NCBI GenBank assembly: GCA_019057475.1
Contig: DXJO01000006.1
Span: 64,001-128,000, forward strand
Reading direction: 5' to 3'
Origin: Candidatus Thorarchaeota archaeon
GTDB lineage: Archaea; Asgardarchaeota; Thorarchaeia; Thorarchaeales; Thorarchaeaceae
DNA length: 64,000 bases
In this document: positions 37,922-47,232 of the stretch, in pieces
Layout of the letters: every line of letters begins with the position of its first letter
Position numbering within the stretch: position 1 is the first letter of the stretch
Position numbers and translations under genes: made by a program
The notes under the pieces: generated by a model
What the model was told of the DNA's origin: nothing
Seen by the model: the letters and a program-made list of their open reading frames with translations, nothing else
The model's database searches: none

Positions 37922-38851
37922 TTACCGTTGGAGTTTCTGACTTTGCTTATGTTGACCCTTGACCACTTCGATTCTTGGATCAACAAATACGAACTTATCA
38001 TTTGCAGAAACTACATAGAGCGTCATCCCTTTCCTGAATACAAGTCCCTGCTGTAATGGTCGTGCATGGAATCTTCTGAGACCCATCTCGGTTTCATACC
38101 TTACCTCACCAAAGTCATCGCTTATGGTGGAGACTGCTTCAACTTCTTGTCCTACAATGTGTTTTGGCTCGATGCTAAAGCCTGACTCCACAAACACCTT
38201 CCCAAGTACAGTTCGTACCAAAAATACAAGCAGAGCCGCTCCGATGAACTGGAAGCAAATTTTCGCAGCAAGAGGTGCTAGCAGTCCATCATAGTACACT
38301 ATAGACCCCAGAAACCCGACACTGACAAGAGATGTTCCGATAGTGACGCCCAGTGGAGCGCCCCTTGCGGCTTCGAAGAAACCTGAGTGATCACCTGCTT
38401 CAACATCATAGTCCAGTTCATGTTCGTGGTCAGTATCATGCTCTGTGTCGTGATCAGCTTCATGGTCTGCATCGAGGTGATGCTCCATGTCATGTTCTAC
38501 ATCGTGCTCGACTTCGTGTTCAACATCTGTCTCCAACTGATGCTCTATGTCATGTTCAACATCGTGATCGTAATCATGATCGACGTCATGATCAATCTCA
38601 ACGTGTGTATCGTAGTCATGTTCAATGTCGTGTTCCATATCATGGTCATAATCGTGTTCAACATCATGCTCAATGTGATGATCCAAGTCATGTTCTGCTT
38701 CGTGGAAAACATCATGCTCATGCCCGTGTTCAGAAATTGCAGCAAAGAGTCGTCCCATCAGAAACATGCCGAAGGTGTAGAAAAGCCCCACAAGAAGTAT
38801 CCCAAATGAAATCTCACGTAGTATGATTGCTAACGGCATGAATTCTTGCAT
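37922..38851 (-). CDS. NfeD/YqiJ-like flotillin partner with long His/Asp/Glu repeat
   Basis: TM, ~115-aa His-rich loop, two TMs and a C-terminal OB-like domain (VGQEVEAV..I..DFGEVRY...G...FHAR). Lies upstream of the SPFH gene. Confidence 0.8.
   Translation of the reverse strand: MQEFMPLAIILREISFGILLVGLFYTFGMFLMGRLFAAISEHGHEHDVFHEAEHDLDHHIEHDVEHDYDHDMEHDIEHDYDTHVEIDHDVDHDYDHDVEHDIEHQLETDVEHEVEHDVEHDMEHHLDADHEADHDTEHDTDHEHELDYDVEAGDHSGFFEAARGAPLGVTIGTSLVSVGFLGSIVYYDGLLAPLAAKICFQFIGAALLVFLVRTVLGKVFVESGFSIEPKHIVGQEVEAVSTISDDFGEVRYETEMGLRRFHARPLQQGLVFRKGMTLYVVSANDKFVFVDPRIEVVKGQHKQSQKLQR
38385..38731 (-). repeat. coding tetrad repeat [DE]-H-[DE]-hydrophobic
   Basis: EHDV/EHDY/DHDM/EHDI... with 12-nt periodicity; about 29 His by manual count. 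Confidence 0.9.
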
Positions 38852-39013
38852 GTCCTTTACCCCCCGTATTCATTATGTAACAAAGCGATATAAAGTTGAG
38901 CAAGCGTTTACCTGGGTCAATGCAGATTGTGTCTTCTTCTTGCTCGAGTTCGCGCGGACCCAACATATCACATAAGAGGCGCGAATACAACCGCGGAACC
39001 GGTGGAATACGTA

Positions 39014-40036
39014 ATGCCTACGTCCATTGAACTTGTCGAACAGGCAATGCAGAATGAGGAACCGCCACGCACTCCAGTTATTCCATTAGTCGGGCTGTAT
39101 TCGAGTGTATGCTCGGGATATCCTGTCAACGACCTTCTGAGGGACGGAAACCTACAGGCGAAGTCGCAGCTAGCTGCTCTTCAATGCTTCAAGTATGATG
39201 GTGTTTTCACTTGTATGGACCTTACTGTGGAAGCTGAGGCGCTGGGTGCATCTATCGCGTTTCCGCAAGGAGATTTTCCGTATGTTAGTGATCACCCAGC
39301 AGAATCGCCTTGTGCGGTTCTTGATTTAGAGATGGCATCAATAAAAGGTGCCCGCCTGTTGACATTTGTAAATGCGACAAAACAGCTTGTGAACTGTGTG
39401 GGGCGATCGCACTTGGTTAGCACTTACATAATTGGACCATTCACACTTGCAGGACACCTCATCGGTGTTGAAAGTCTACTCGAATACGCTATCGAGGACC
39501 CAGAGTTGACCAAGAAAGTAGTCAACTACTGTCAGGAGGTGCTTGAGCCTTTGGTAGAAGCGTATATCTCCGCAGGGGCACACAATGCTGTGATTTTGGA
39601 GCCAACAGCTAGTTCGAGCATAATCTCTCCGAAGTTCTTTGAGAAATACTCCGCGCCCGACCTCTCCAGAATGGTGTCGCGCATTCATAAAGGAGGAATA
39701 AAGGCAACCATCCACATATGCGGCAATACACATCCGATATTGCACGCAATGTGCGATACGAAAGCTGATGCTCTGAGCATTGACTCTGCTGTTGATCTGA
39801 AAGAGGCAAAAGAAATAGTCAAGGGGCGTGCGACTCTCATAGGCAATGTCGATACCACTCTCATTCTGACTGCATCCAAAGAAAATGTGCAAAAAGCGGC
39901 GGAAGATTGCCTTAAGAAGGCCGCCAAAGGAGGAAGTTTCTTTCTCTCAACCGGTTGCGACATACCCCTTGAAACTCCAAATCATAATGTACACGCGCTC
40001 GTTAATGCGGCTACCGGCAACTTGACTCAGCATTAG
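39014..40036 (+). CDS. MtaA/CmuA-type methylcobamide:thiol methyltransferase (UroD fold)
   Basis: DLTVEAEALG, GPFTLA, Zn motif HICG, GNVD and STGCDIP. Probable start at 39014. Confidence 0.82.
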   Translation: MPTSIELVEQAMQNEEPPRTPVIPLVGLYSSVCSGYPVNDLLRDGNLQAKSQLAALQCFKYDGVFTCMDLTVEAEALGASIAFPQGDFPYVSDHPAESPCAVLDLEMASIKGARLLTFVNATKQLVNCVGRSHLVSTYIIGPFTLAGHLIGVESLLEYAIEDPELTKKVVNYCQEVLEPLVEAYISAGAHNAVILEPTASSSIISPKFFEKYSAPDLSRMVSRIHKGGIKATIHICGNTHPILHAMCDTKADALSIDSAVDLKEAKEIVKGRATLIGNVDTTLILTASKENVQKAAEDCLKKAAKGGSFFLSTGCDIPLETPNHNVHALVNAATGNLTQH

Positions 40037-40200
40037 GTGCTCCAATCAGAAGGTGTGAGCGTACAGAATGTGTCAGCAGCAGGAAAAAGCACCCGAAGAG
40101 TTAAGGCAAGCGGTTGTCCATTGCTAGAAGCCATTGTATTGTTTCTAAGCTAGCCTGAATGCTGAAGATTATGCGCAAGGTAATAGGTGTGAAGAAGGAA

Positions 40201-41163
40201 ATGAACAACAAGAACAAGTGGAATGAGATATACGCTGTGGAACATCCACCTCTAGTCAGCTTTGGGGAGGGCGAACTGCTAACGATTTATGATAGTTCAA
40301 GCTTTGGAGTAGCGTCCAACCACACAACCTTGAAACGGGTCTTACTCCACCGACCTTGTGAAGATCTGGAAGCCGTCAAGAAGAATCCAGTATGGTGGCT
40401 TTGGGATGGCGTGCCGGACTTAAAGAAGTCTCGCAGTGAGTGGGACTCTTTTGCGGCTATTCTAGCGAAGAACGGGGTTGAGGTGGAATTACTTGAGAAG
40501 GGGTATCAAGGGTGTGCCAAGAGCTATTTCATGCGAGACCCCGCTACAATGACCCCATGGGGCGCCATCATAAGTCGAATGGCCCTCACCCAGCGATGGG
40601 GTGAGGAGCAGCACATCGCGAAGAAACTCTGGGAAATGCATATCCCCGTCCTAATGATGGTCACAGGCCATGGCATCTTCGAAGGAGGCAACTACATCCC
40701 ACTGGATGAGCACACAGTTATCCTCGGGCGTGGTATCAGGTCCAATGACATCGGAATTCGTCAAGTCCAGAATCTGCTTGAACTCATGGATCTAGAATCG
40801 ATTATCGTTGACATCCCTGCCTATCTGGAGCACTACGGTGGCTATGTTCACGTAGATGTATGCCTGAACCCGATTGACAAGGACTTGGCGCTGGTCTATC
40901 CCCCAGGTCTTCCGTATTGGTTTCTTGAAGATCTCAGAAACCGAGGGTTTGATATGATTGAGGTCGAGAGAGAGGAGGTCTTGCGCATGGGTACAAATGT
41001 ATTGCCTCTTGGAAAAAAGAAAGTCATCCTCCCTGCGGGGAATCCGACTGTCAAGAAGCGTCTTGAGGAAGTTGGAATGAAAATCATTGAAATTAGCATG
41101 AATGAGCTGATGAAGGGCGGCGGCGGACCCCGATGCATTACTATGGAGCTTCTACGAGCTTAG
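40201..41163 (+). CDS. amidinotransferase-superfamily enzyme (short arginine deiminase/DDAH-like)
   Basis: LKRVLLHRP, YFMRDP, FEGGN, HVD and catalytic Cys in GGGGPRCITM. Confidence 0.85.
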   Translation: MNNKNKWNEIYAVEHPPLVSFGEGELLTIYDSSSFGVASNHTTLKRVLLHRPCEDLEAVKKNPVWWLWDGVPDLKKSRSEWDSFAAILAKNGVEVELLEKGYQGCAKSYFMRDPATMTPWGAIISRMALTQRWGEEQHIAKKLWEMHIPVLMMVTGHGIFEGGNYIPLDEHTVILGRGIRSNDIGIRQVQNLLELMDLESIIVDIPAYLEHYGGYVHVDVCLNPIDKDLALVYPPGLPYWFLEDLRNRGFDMIEVEREEVLRMGTNVLPLGKKKVILPAGNPTVKKRLEEVGMKIIEISMNELMKGGGGPRCITMELLRA

Positions 41164-41179
41164 GGGGCGAACATGAGAT

Positions 41180-42142
41180 ATGAACACTCTACGACCTCTC
41201 AAGGGGAAAGACTTCCTCACGCTCATGGACTATTCGAAAGAGGAAATCTTAAGGATTCTTGATCTGGCTGACGAATTGAAAGATAGACTAGCAAAAGGAG
41301 CGCCACATGAGTGTCTCTCTGGCAAAACAATAGCCATGATTTTCGAGAAACACTCCACTCGCACGCGTCTATCATTTCAGGCTGGGGCCGCACACCTGGG
41401 GCTTTCTGCTTTCTATATGGATCCAACCACCATGCAACTATCTCGCGGAGAATCACTTTCTGACACGGCAAAGACAATCGACCGATATATCGACGCACTG
41501 GTCATCCGAACATTCGAACAAGAGATTGTTGAAGACTTCGCGAAGCATATGAAGAAACCAGTCATTAACGCGTTGACTAATGATACTCATCCGATGCAGC
41601 TTCTAGCGGATTTTCAGACGATACGTGAGAAGAAGAAACGTCTGCACGATTTGAAGATAGGATACATTGGAGATGCTTGGAATATGATCCACTCTTGGGG
41701 TATCATGAGCTCCATTATTGGATTGGACATGACTTACGCGGTCCCAGAAGGATACACAGTGAAGACAAAATACAGAGATTTTATCGACAGAACCAACAGG
41801 GAAACTGGTGGCAGCTTCACCGTCACCCACGATCTCAAACAGGCCATGACGGATGTTGACATAGTCGTGGGGATAACTTTCATCAGCATGACTCGTGCCG
41901 GAATGACGGAGGATGCGAAGGCGAAGAAACTCAAAGATTTCATGCCTTATCAAATCGATTCTGAGGTCATGGGGTGGGCTAAGAAAGATGCGATATACAT
42001 GCATTGCCTGCCCGCACATCGCGGAGAGGAGGTAACCGATGAGGTCCTTGATGGTCCTCAATCAGTCGTCTTCGACGAAGCAGAAAACAGAATGCATACC
42101 GAGAAAGCCGTGCTAGCCCTGCTACTCGGCGGGGTGGATTGA
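41180..42142 (+). CDS. ornithine carbamoyltransferase-like transcarbamylase with altered acceptor site
   Basis: STRT, HPMQ, HCLPAHRG and AENR are conserved. The DxxxSMG loop is replaced by ITFISMT. Confidence 0.85.
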   Translation: MNTLRPLKGKDFLTLMDYSKEEILRILDLADELKDRLAKGAPHECLSGKTIAMIFEKHSTRTRLSFQAGAAHLGLSAFYMDPTTMQLSRGESLSDTAKTIDRYIDALVIRTFEQEIVEDFAKHMKKPVINALTNDTHPMQLLADFQTIREKKKRLHDLKIGYIGDAWNMIHSWGIMSSIIGLDMTYAVPEGYTVKTKYRDFIDRTNRETGGSFTVTHDLKQAMTDVDIVVGITFISMTRAGMTEDAKAKKLKDFMPYQIDSEVMGWAKKDAIYMHCLPAHRGEEVTDEVLDGPQSVVFDEAENRMHTEKAVLALLLGGVD

Positions 42143-42165
42143 TACGCTGTAACTCGCTTGCGATC

Positions 42166-43305
42166 CTACTTGAGTATTTTAATCATCTCGTCCAATCGGG
42201 ACAATCCCGCATTTAGGTGGTCCTCCTCGTAACCGAAGCCGATTCTTAAATGCATGGGCATTCCGAAGTGTTCACCGGGGATGATTAGCAAGCTTTTCTC
42301 TCTTAACAGACGTGTGGTCAGTTCAAGTGAAGAAACATTCAGATTGTGTCTTGGAAAGCAGATTGAAGCAGCCCTTGGCGCAACGTATTCGAAGACTTCA
42401 TTTCGTTCGTCAAGCCACTCGCGTAGAATACTCCAATGTTTCTTAACAATCCTGCTGGTCCTTTCAAGTATCTTCCTTCGGCATTTTGGTTGCAATGCTA
42501 TTGTTGCAAGTGTATCACTCAGCTTTGTTGGACATATTGTCGTGTAATCTGAATACGCCCACAAGTCTGTCACGTTGATTTTATCCGAGCACATTATCCA
42601 ACCTAGCCTGAGACCGGGAAGTCCGTAAGCTTTTGACAGGCTATTCGTCACAATGACCTTGTCGTAATAGTCGAACATCGTAGGAGTCGAGTCTCCTTCG
42701 AGTTCAGCACCTTGATAGATCTCATCTGAGACCACCCAAAGGTGGGCATCCGCCGCAATCTCGGCAATCGCTTTCAAGTATGTCGGGCCAAAGGTTGCAC
42801 CTGTCGGGTTGTTCGGGTTACAGATGGCTATCGCCATGGTCTTCTTTGATATGGCTGATTTTAGTTCCTCAAGATCCGGAATCCATTCCCCTTTTTCAAT
42901 TTTAAGGCGAAACGGACTCACGACCCCATTGAGCCCTTTGATTATTCCTGGTATCTGCATATAGTTTGGAAGCATCACCACAATCTCTTTGGCATCGTGT
43001 TCATGAAGCAAGTTCCAGATAGTGAGGAAGTTTGCCTCTGCCCCTCCATTTGTGACTAGAACATTGTCCGCGTCTGCCCCTTGATACATGCCGCTAATCG
43101 CCTCCTTTAACGGCATTGTGCCATTGGTTTGTGAGTATGCCAGTTTCGTTTCGATGAGTTCTTTTTGAGCTTCTTTGTCAGGGATAAGATCCGATATCGT
43201 AAGTGGTTCAACGCCACTCTCTGTTAGATTTATGTCTATTACGTGCTCCCACTCTGACTGCATCCGTTCGAGCTCGAAAGGCTCCAATCTCATATCCAAC
43301 ACCAT
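42166..43305 (-). CDS. class I/II PLP aminotransferase
   Basis: NPNNPTG, DEIY, SLSKAYGLPGLRLGW. Confidence 0.88.
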   Translation of the reverse strand: MVLDMRLEPFELERMQSEWEHVIDINLTESGVEPLTISDLIPDKEAQKELIETKLAYSQTNGTMPLKEAISGMYQGADADNVLVTNGGAEANFLTIWNLLHEHDAKEIVVMLPNYMQIPGIIKGLNGVVSPFRLKIEKGEWIPDLEELKSAISKKTMAIAICNPNNPTGATFGPTYLKAIAEIAADAHLWVVSDEIYQGAELEGDSTPTMFDYYDKVIVTNSLSKAYGLPGLRLGWIMCSDKINVTDLWAYSDYTTICPTKLSDTLATIALQPKCRRKILERTSRIVKKHWSILREWLDERNEVFEYVAPRAASICFPRHNLNVSSLELTTRLLREKSLLIIPGEHFGMPMHLRIGFGYEEDHLNAGLSRLDEMIKILK

Positions 43306-43349
43306 TCCATGTCCACGGGTCCAGGGCTTCTACATCAATCTTCTGTGCA

Positions 43350-44615
43350 CTACTGCAAATATCCCAGTCCTTCAATTATTATGTCGATGGCCTTATCGAT
43401 GTTTTCGTAGGTCTGAGCAAAGGATACTCGAAGAAAGCTTTCTCCTCCCGGCCCGAACCAAGCTCCTGAAACTGTCAGAACCTTAGTCGCAACAATGAGA
43501 TAGAACATTGTGACCAATGAACCCGACCTGTTTAGGTCTTCAATACTGAACAAGTGCTGAGGAAGAGATTCCAAGAAAGCTCTTCCTTTGGTTTTCAGAA
43601 ATGCCTTCATATCATCGTGATGTTTCTCTATCAATTCTCTTGCGTTGACAAACATGTAAAAGGTGCCTTGGGGACTTATAGTACTAAGAAGAGGGATTTC
43701 TTTGTTAATCCTGTTTACAAGAAGCTTCCTTCGTCTGTCATATTCCGCCAACATTGTCTTGACTGGTTCATCAGGTCCGGTGAGCGCAGCGAGTGCCGCT
43801 GCCTGCGAAGTTGTGGGCGCACAGATTGAGCTGTACTGATGGATCTTGCTGAACCCTGTGATGATTTCTTTCGGTGCTATGAGCCAGCCGAGCCTAAAGC
43901 CTGTCATTGCATGACTCTTCGAAAGGCCATTGATTGTGATAGTGCGCTCAAACATGCCGTTAATCGCTGCAGGGCTATGGACCCTTGCTCCATCATATAC
44001 CAGCTGCTCGTACAGTTCATCCGACAGGATAAGAAAGTCATGATCAGTGGCAAGGTCCGCCACCGCTGAAACTTTGTTCCTGTCCCATACTGCTCCGGTG
44101 GGATTGGTTGGTGAGCATACTATAATCATCTTAGTCTTTGGCGTGATTGCTTCTGCAAGTTTTTCCAGTGCGGGTACAAACTGGTCCTCTTCAGTAGCAG
44201 GAACAAAAACGGGTTTGCCTCCTGCAATTCGCACAATCGATTCATATGCGAAATATGAAGGGCTGGGAATAATTACTTCATCGCCTTCGCCCACGGTGGC
44301 AAGGATTGCGCCAAACACGCCGGGGCTAGTGCCCGCTGTGACGATGACTTCACTTTCGGGGTCAACCGTGAAACCGTTGTCGCGCTTTGTTTTATCAGCA
44401 ATCGCTTTCCTTAGTTCTAATGTCCCAGCGTCTGGCGAGTAATGGGTGTTTCCTGACTGTAGAGACCTCATTGCCGCTTCTATGATATGCTTCGGTGTGT
44501 TGAAGTTTGGTTCTCCAATGCCCAGATTCAGCAGTTTGTGATGCTCACCGATATGAAGCAGTAGGCCGATTCTACCAGGGGGCAGTGTTTCCAGATTCTG
44601 CGTTATCTTACCCAA
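43350..44615 (-). CDS. class I PLP aminotransferase (AspC-like) with C-terminal insertion
   Basis: GIGEP, SPTNPTG, DELY, GLSKSHAMTGFRLGW and RVSFA. Confidence 0.88.
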   Translation of the reverse strand: MGKITQNLETLPPGRIGLLLHIGEHHKLLNLGIGEPNFNTPKHIIEAAMRSLQSGNTHYSPDAGTLELRKAIADKTKRDNGFTVDPESEVIVTAGTSPGVFGAILATVGEGDEVIIPSPSYFAYESIVRIAGGKPVFVPATEEDQFVPALEKLAEAITPKTKMIIVCSPTNPTGAVWDRNKVSAVADLATDHDFLILSDELYEQLVYDGARVHSPAAINGMFERTITINGLSKSHAMTGFRLGWLIAPKEIITGFSKIHQYSSICAPTTSQAAALAALTGPDEPVKTMLAEYDRRRKLLVNRINKEIPLLSTISPQGTFYMFVNARELIEKHHDDMKAFLKTKGRAFLESLPQHLFSIEDLNRSGSLVTMFYLIVATKVLTVSGAWFGPGGESFLRVSFAQTYENIDKAIDIIIEGLGYLQ

Positions 44616-44634
44616 TTCTATTCACCCACTTTAA

Positions 44635-45357
44635 TCATAGTCCCAAGAGATTGGCCACAAACTCAGGAAAATCGAGCATTTTAAGGTCACTGCCAGCATG
44701 CTCTACCCTTTCTCTCAGATTGAACGTGCAGAATGGACAAGCTGTGGTCAATATCGTCGCCTCGGTTTCCTCAGCCTCTTGTATTCGAATCGCTGCCGCT
44801 TCGCGTGCCATCTCACGGTTCGTTGAGCGTACACCACCCCCAGCACCGCAACAGGAAGCATTTTTCCCGCTCTTGTGCATCTCCCTCAGTTCAACATTCG
44901 GGATTGCCTGCATGACTTCTCGCGGGTCGTCGTAGATGCCCATATGTCTTCCAACGTGGCAGGGGTCATGATATGTAACTGTGATTGGTTCACCTTTGAG
45001 GAATTCAATTCTGCCATCTTCAATGAGTTCTTTGAGCAGAGTTGGAAAATGGATGACCTCAAACGGGAGCTCTTCTCCTAGGATTGATGGATAATCAACT
45101 GAAATCGTTCTGAAGCAACCTGCGCAAGCTGTGACCACTCCAGTTGCTCCTGCGGCTTTTAGTACGTCCACATTGTGCCGAGCCATGTACTTGGCTTCAT
45201 CAACGTAACCTGTTCTAAGGGCAACGCTACCGCAGCACCATTCATCTTCTCCAAGAATCTTGAAGTCTACGTTTGCATGTTTGAGAACCTTGATTGTTGA
45301 TTCAGCTATGTTTGGAAGACGATATGTTGCCATACATCCAGCGAAATACACTAGCAT
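44635..45357 (-). CDS. CCG-domain Fe-S protein (GlcF/HdrD C-terminal part)
   Basis: FAGC, EWCCG, TACAGC, YHDPC, SCCGAGGG and TACPFC. Confidence 0.88.
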   Translation of the reverse strand: MLVYFAGCMATYRLPNIAESTIKVLKHANVDFKILGEDEWCCGSVALRTGYVDEAKYMARHNVDVLKAAGATGVVTACAGCFRTISVDYPSILGEELPFEVIHFPTLLKELIEDGRIEFLKGEPITVTYHDPCHVGRHMGIYDDPREVMQAIPNVELREMHKSGKNASCCGAGGGVRSTNREMAREAAAIRIQEAEETEATILTTACPFCTFNLRERVEHAGSDLKMLDFPEFVANLLGL

Positions 45358-45359
45358 AA

Positions 45360-45752
45360 CTATGCCTCCGCAAGTTCCTTCAACCTGTTTCTGGCCTTTG
45401 GATCTTCACCAAAAGGGTTGTGTGTTTTCTGCATATTCTTGACTAACTGAGCAGATACTTCGTTACCAAGGCCCCTCTTCACGAGCTCAGCGCGCGCAGC
45501 TTCGACAACTGCTGGGATGTCAAGACCGGATAGGCAAGTTGCCTGGCAATTCTTACAGGTTGTGCATTCATACATCCTCTCAGCAACTTCATCCCAGTTC
45601 AGCCATCCTTCCAGCAAAGCAAACAGAATTGTCATCTTGCCTTTCGCACTGTTTGATTCCAAGTTTGTCTGCTTGTAAATGGGGCAATTGGATTGGCATA
45701 GCCCGCAACTGACGCATTCCATGATAATATGTAGGTGTTCCTTCAATGGCAT
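45360..45752 (-). CDS. 2x[4Fe-4S] protein (GlcF N-terminal part)
   Basis: CVSCGLCQSNCP and CTTCKNCQATC; HNPFG. Confidence 0.85.
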   Translation of the reverse strand: MPLKEHLHIIMECVSCGLCQSNCPIYKQTNLESNSAKGKMTILFALLEGWLNWDEVAERMYECTTCKNCQATCLSGLDIPAVVEAARAELVKRGLGNEVSAQLVKNMQKTHNPFGEDPKARNRLKELAEA

Positions 45753-45758
45753 TGCTTT

Positions 45759-47216
45759 CTACTCCGCCATCTCTTCATCAGTCACGTATTCCTTGTAGAT
45801 GAACCCAACATCCGAATCACGTTCCTCAGTGTCCAGCGCCATCTTGCCTGGATTAAGAATTCCATTGGGGTCTAGCAATTTCTTGATTCTTCTATCGAGC
45901 TCGAGTTTGTCTTGGCCAATAGCCATCCGAACATAGGGATTCTTGACATAGCCGAATCCGTGCTCCGCTGTAACCACGCCGCCTATGCCCACGACATATT
46001 CTAGAATTTCCTGTTCGGCCTTCTTCATCGCGACCCAATGTTCTCTATTCCTTGCATCAATTAGGACTGCAGGATGAATTATCCCAATTCCCGCATGGCA
46101 GAAGACGGCGGCAATGATGCCATGAGACCGGATTATCCGACCGATCTCCCTGATCGCTTCAGCTTGTTTAGACAGTGGAACACAAGGATCTGCCGCGGCA
46201 AAACCGAACTCTCTGTATCCGGGATGCACCTTCACTATTGCTGTGTCTATCTCCAATCTTGGAGCCCAGAGTTTGTTGGTTGTTTCTTCATCCCGTGCTA
46301 TGACGACATTCTCGCCGCCATGCTCCTTGAGGATTCTCTCCATCACCATCAGCTTGCGCTGAAGATTCTCTTCATCGAAGCCTTGGACATCTCCAACGAA
46401 GTTGCCCTCACAAGTTGGGAATCCGAGATTCATGACATCACTGATTGTTTTCACGGTTTTGCCATCGGTCGCCTCAAAGGTTCCCGCATCAATTCCCGAC
46501 ATAGTGATCGCCAAAGAAGCATTCATCAGCCCATCAAGATTCTGGAAGAAGGCACCGATGGTTGCCTCAACTGGCATTCTAGGTACAAGTTTCAGGGTTG
46601 CTTCGGTGATTATTCCCAGGGTACCCTCAGACCCAGCGAAGAGTGCAGCTAGGTTGTATCCCATGTTGTAGCGAGGTGCTCTTGTTCCCAGTCTAAGGAT
46701 TGTCCCATCAACCAAAACTACTTCCATACCTTGAATCCAAGCTCCAACTCGACCATGCTTGTAGGCATGGTGACCGTTTGAGTCCGAGGCGAGGATTCCA
46801 CCGATGGTCGCGGCGTTATGACTTCCGACGTCATGAGGAAAGGTCAGTCCTCTTCTCTCCAGCTCGTGTTCGAATGTTTCGTATCTGACTCCAGGCTGAA
46901 CAATGGCAATCATGTCTTCGTTGCTAATCTCAAGGATCTTGTTCATGCGACTCAGGTCGAGAAGTATTCCTCCTCTAACGGCAAGCGACGACCCCTGAAA
47001 TGATGCACCGCCGCCTCGGGGCGTGACTGGTACTCCCTTTTCATTGAGCAGAATAAGTATCTCCACGACTTGCTCAGTAGTTGTTGGATAGACCACCGCA
47101 TCGGGAATTGAGAAATACGGTGTGAGGTCCCGAGAATAAGCAACTCGATCGACCTTGGCCGTTATAACATTATTTTCGCCAACGATTTGCCTAAGCTGTT
47201 CAATTGTATCTGACAC
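45759..47216 (-). CDS. FAD-linked oxidoreductase, GlcD/D-2-hydroxyacid dehydrogenase family
   Basis: TPRGGGAS, ATIGG, GSEGTLGIITEA, AEHGFG and DPNGILNPGK. Confidence 0.88.
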   Translation of the reverse strand: MSDTIEQLRQIVGENNVITAKVDRVAYSRDLTPYFSIPDAVVYPTTTEQVVEILILLNEKGVPVTPRGGGASFQGSSLAVRGGILLDLSRMNKILEISNEDMIAIVQPGVRYETFEHELERRGLTFPHDVGSHNAATIGGILASDSNGHHAYKHGRVGAWIQGMEVVLVDGTILRLGTRAPRYNMGYNLAALFAGSEGTLGIITEATLKLVPRMPVEATIGAFFQNLDGLMNASLAITMSGIDAGTFEATDGKTVKTISDVMNLGFPTCEGNFVGDVQGFDEENLQRKLMVMERILKEHGGENVVIARDEETTNKLWAPRLEIDTAIVKVHPGYREFGFAAADPCVPLSKQAEAIREIGRIIRSHGIIAAVFCHAGIGIIHPAVLIDARNREHWVAMKKAEQEILEYVVGIGGVVTAEHGFGYVKNPYVRMAIGQDKLELDRRIKKLLDPNGILNPGKMALDTEERDSDVGFIYKEYVTDEEMAE

Positions 47217-47232
47217 GTTTGGGGCACCTTCT

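Noticed and set aside
38299-38826. Several overlapping ORFs, and a possible CRISPR-like periodicity
   Set aside because: These are shadows of the 12-nt coding repeat. There are no constant repeats with unique spacers.
39014-40036. Annotation as uroporphyrinogen decarboxylase (also 52126-53145)
   Set aside because: Both proteins have the HxC...GC zinc-thiol motif and corrinoid context typical of MtaA/CmuA methyltransferases.
45355-45362. Amber readthrough joining the two GlcF halves
   Set aside because: The second ORF starts 2 nt after the TAG in a different frame. This is an ordinary split gene.
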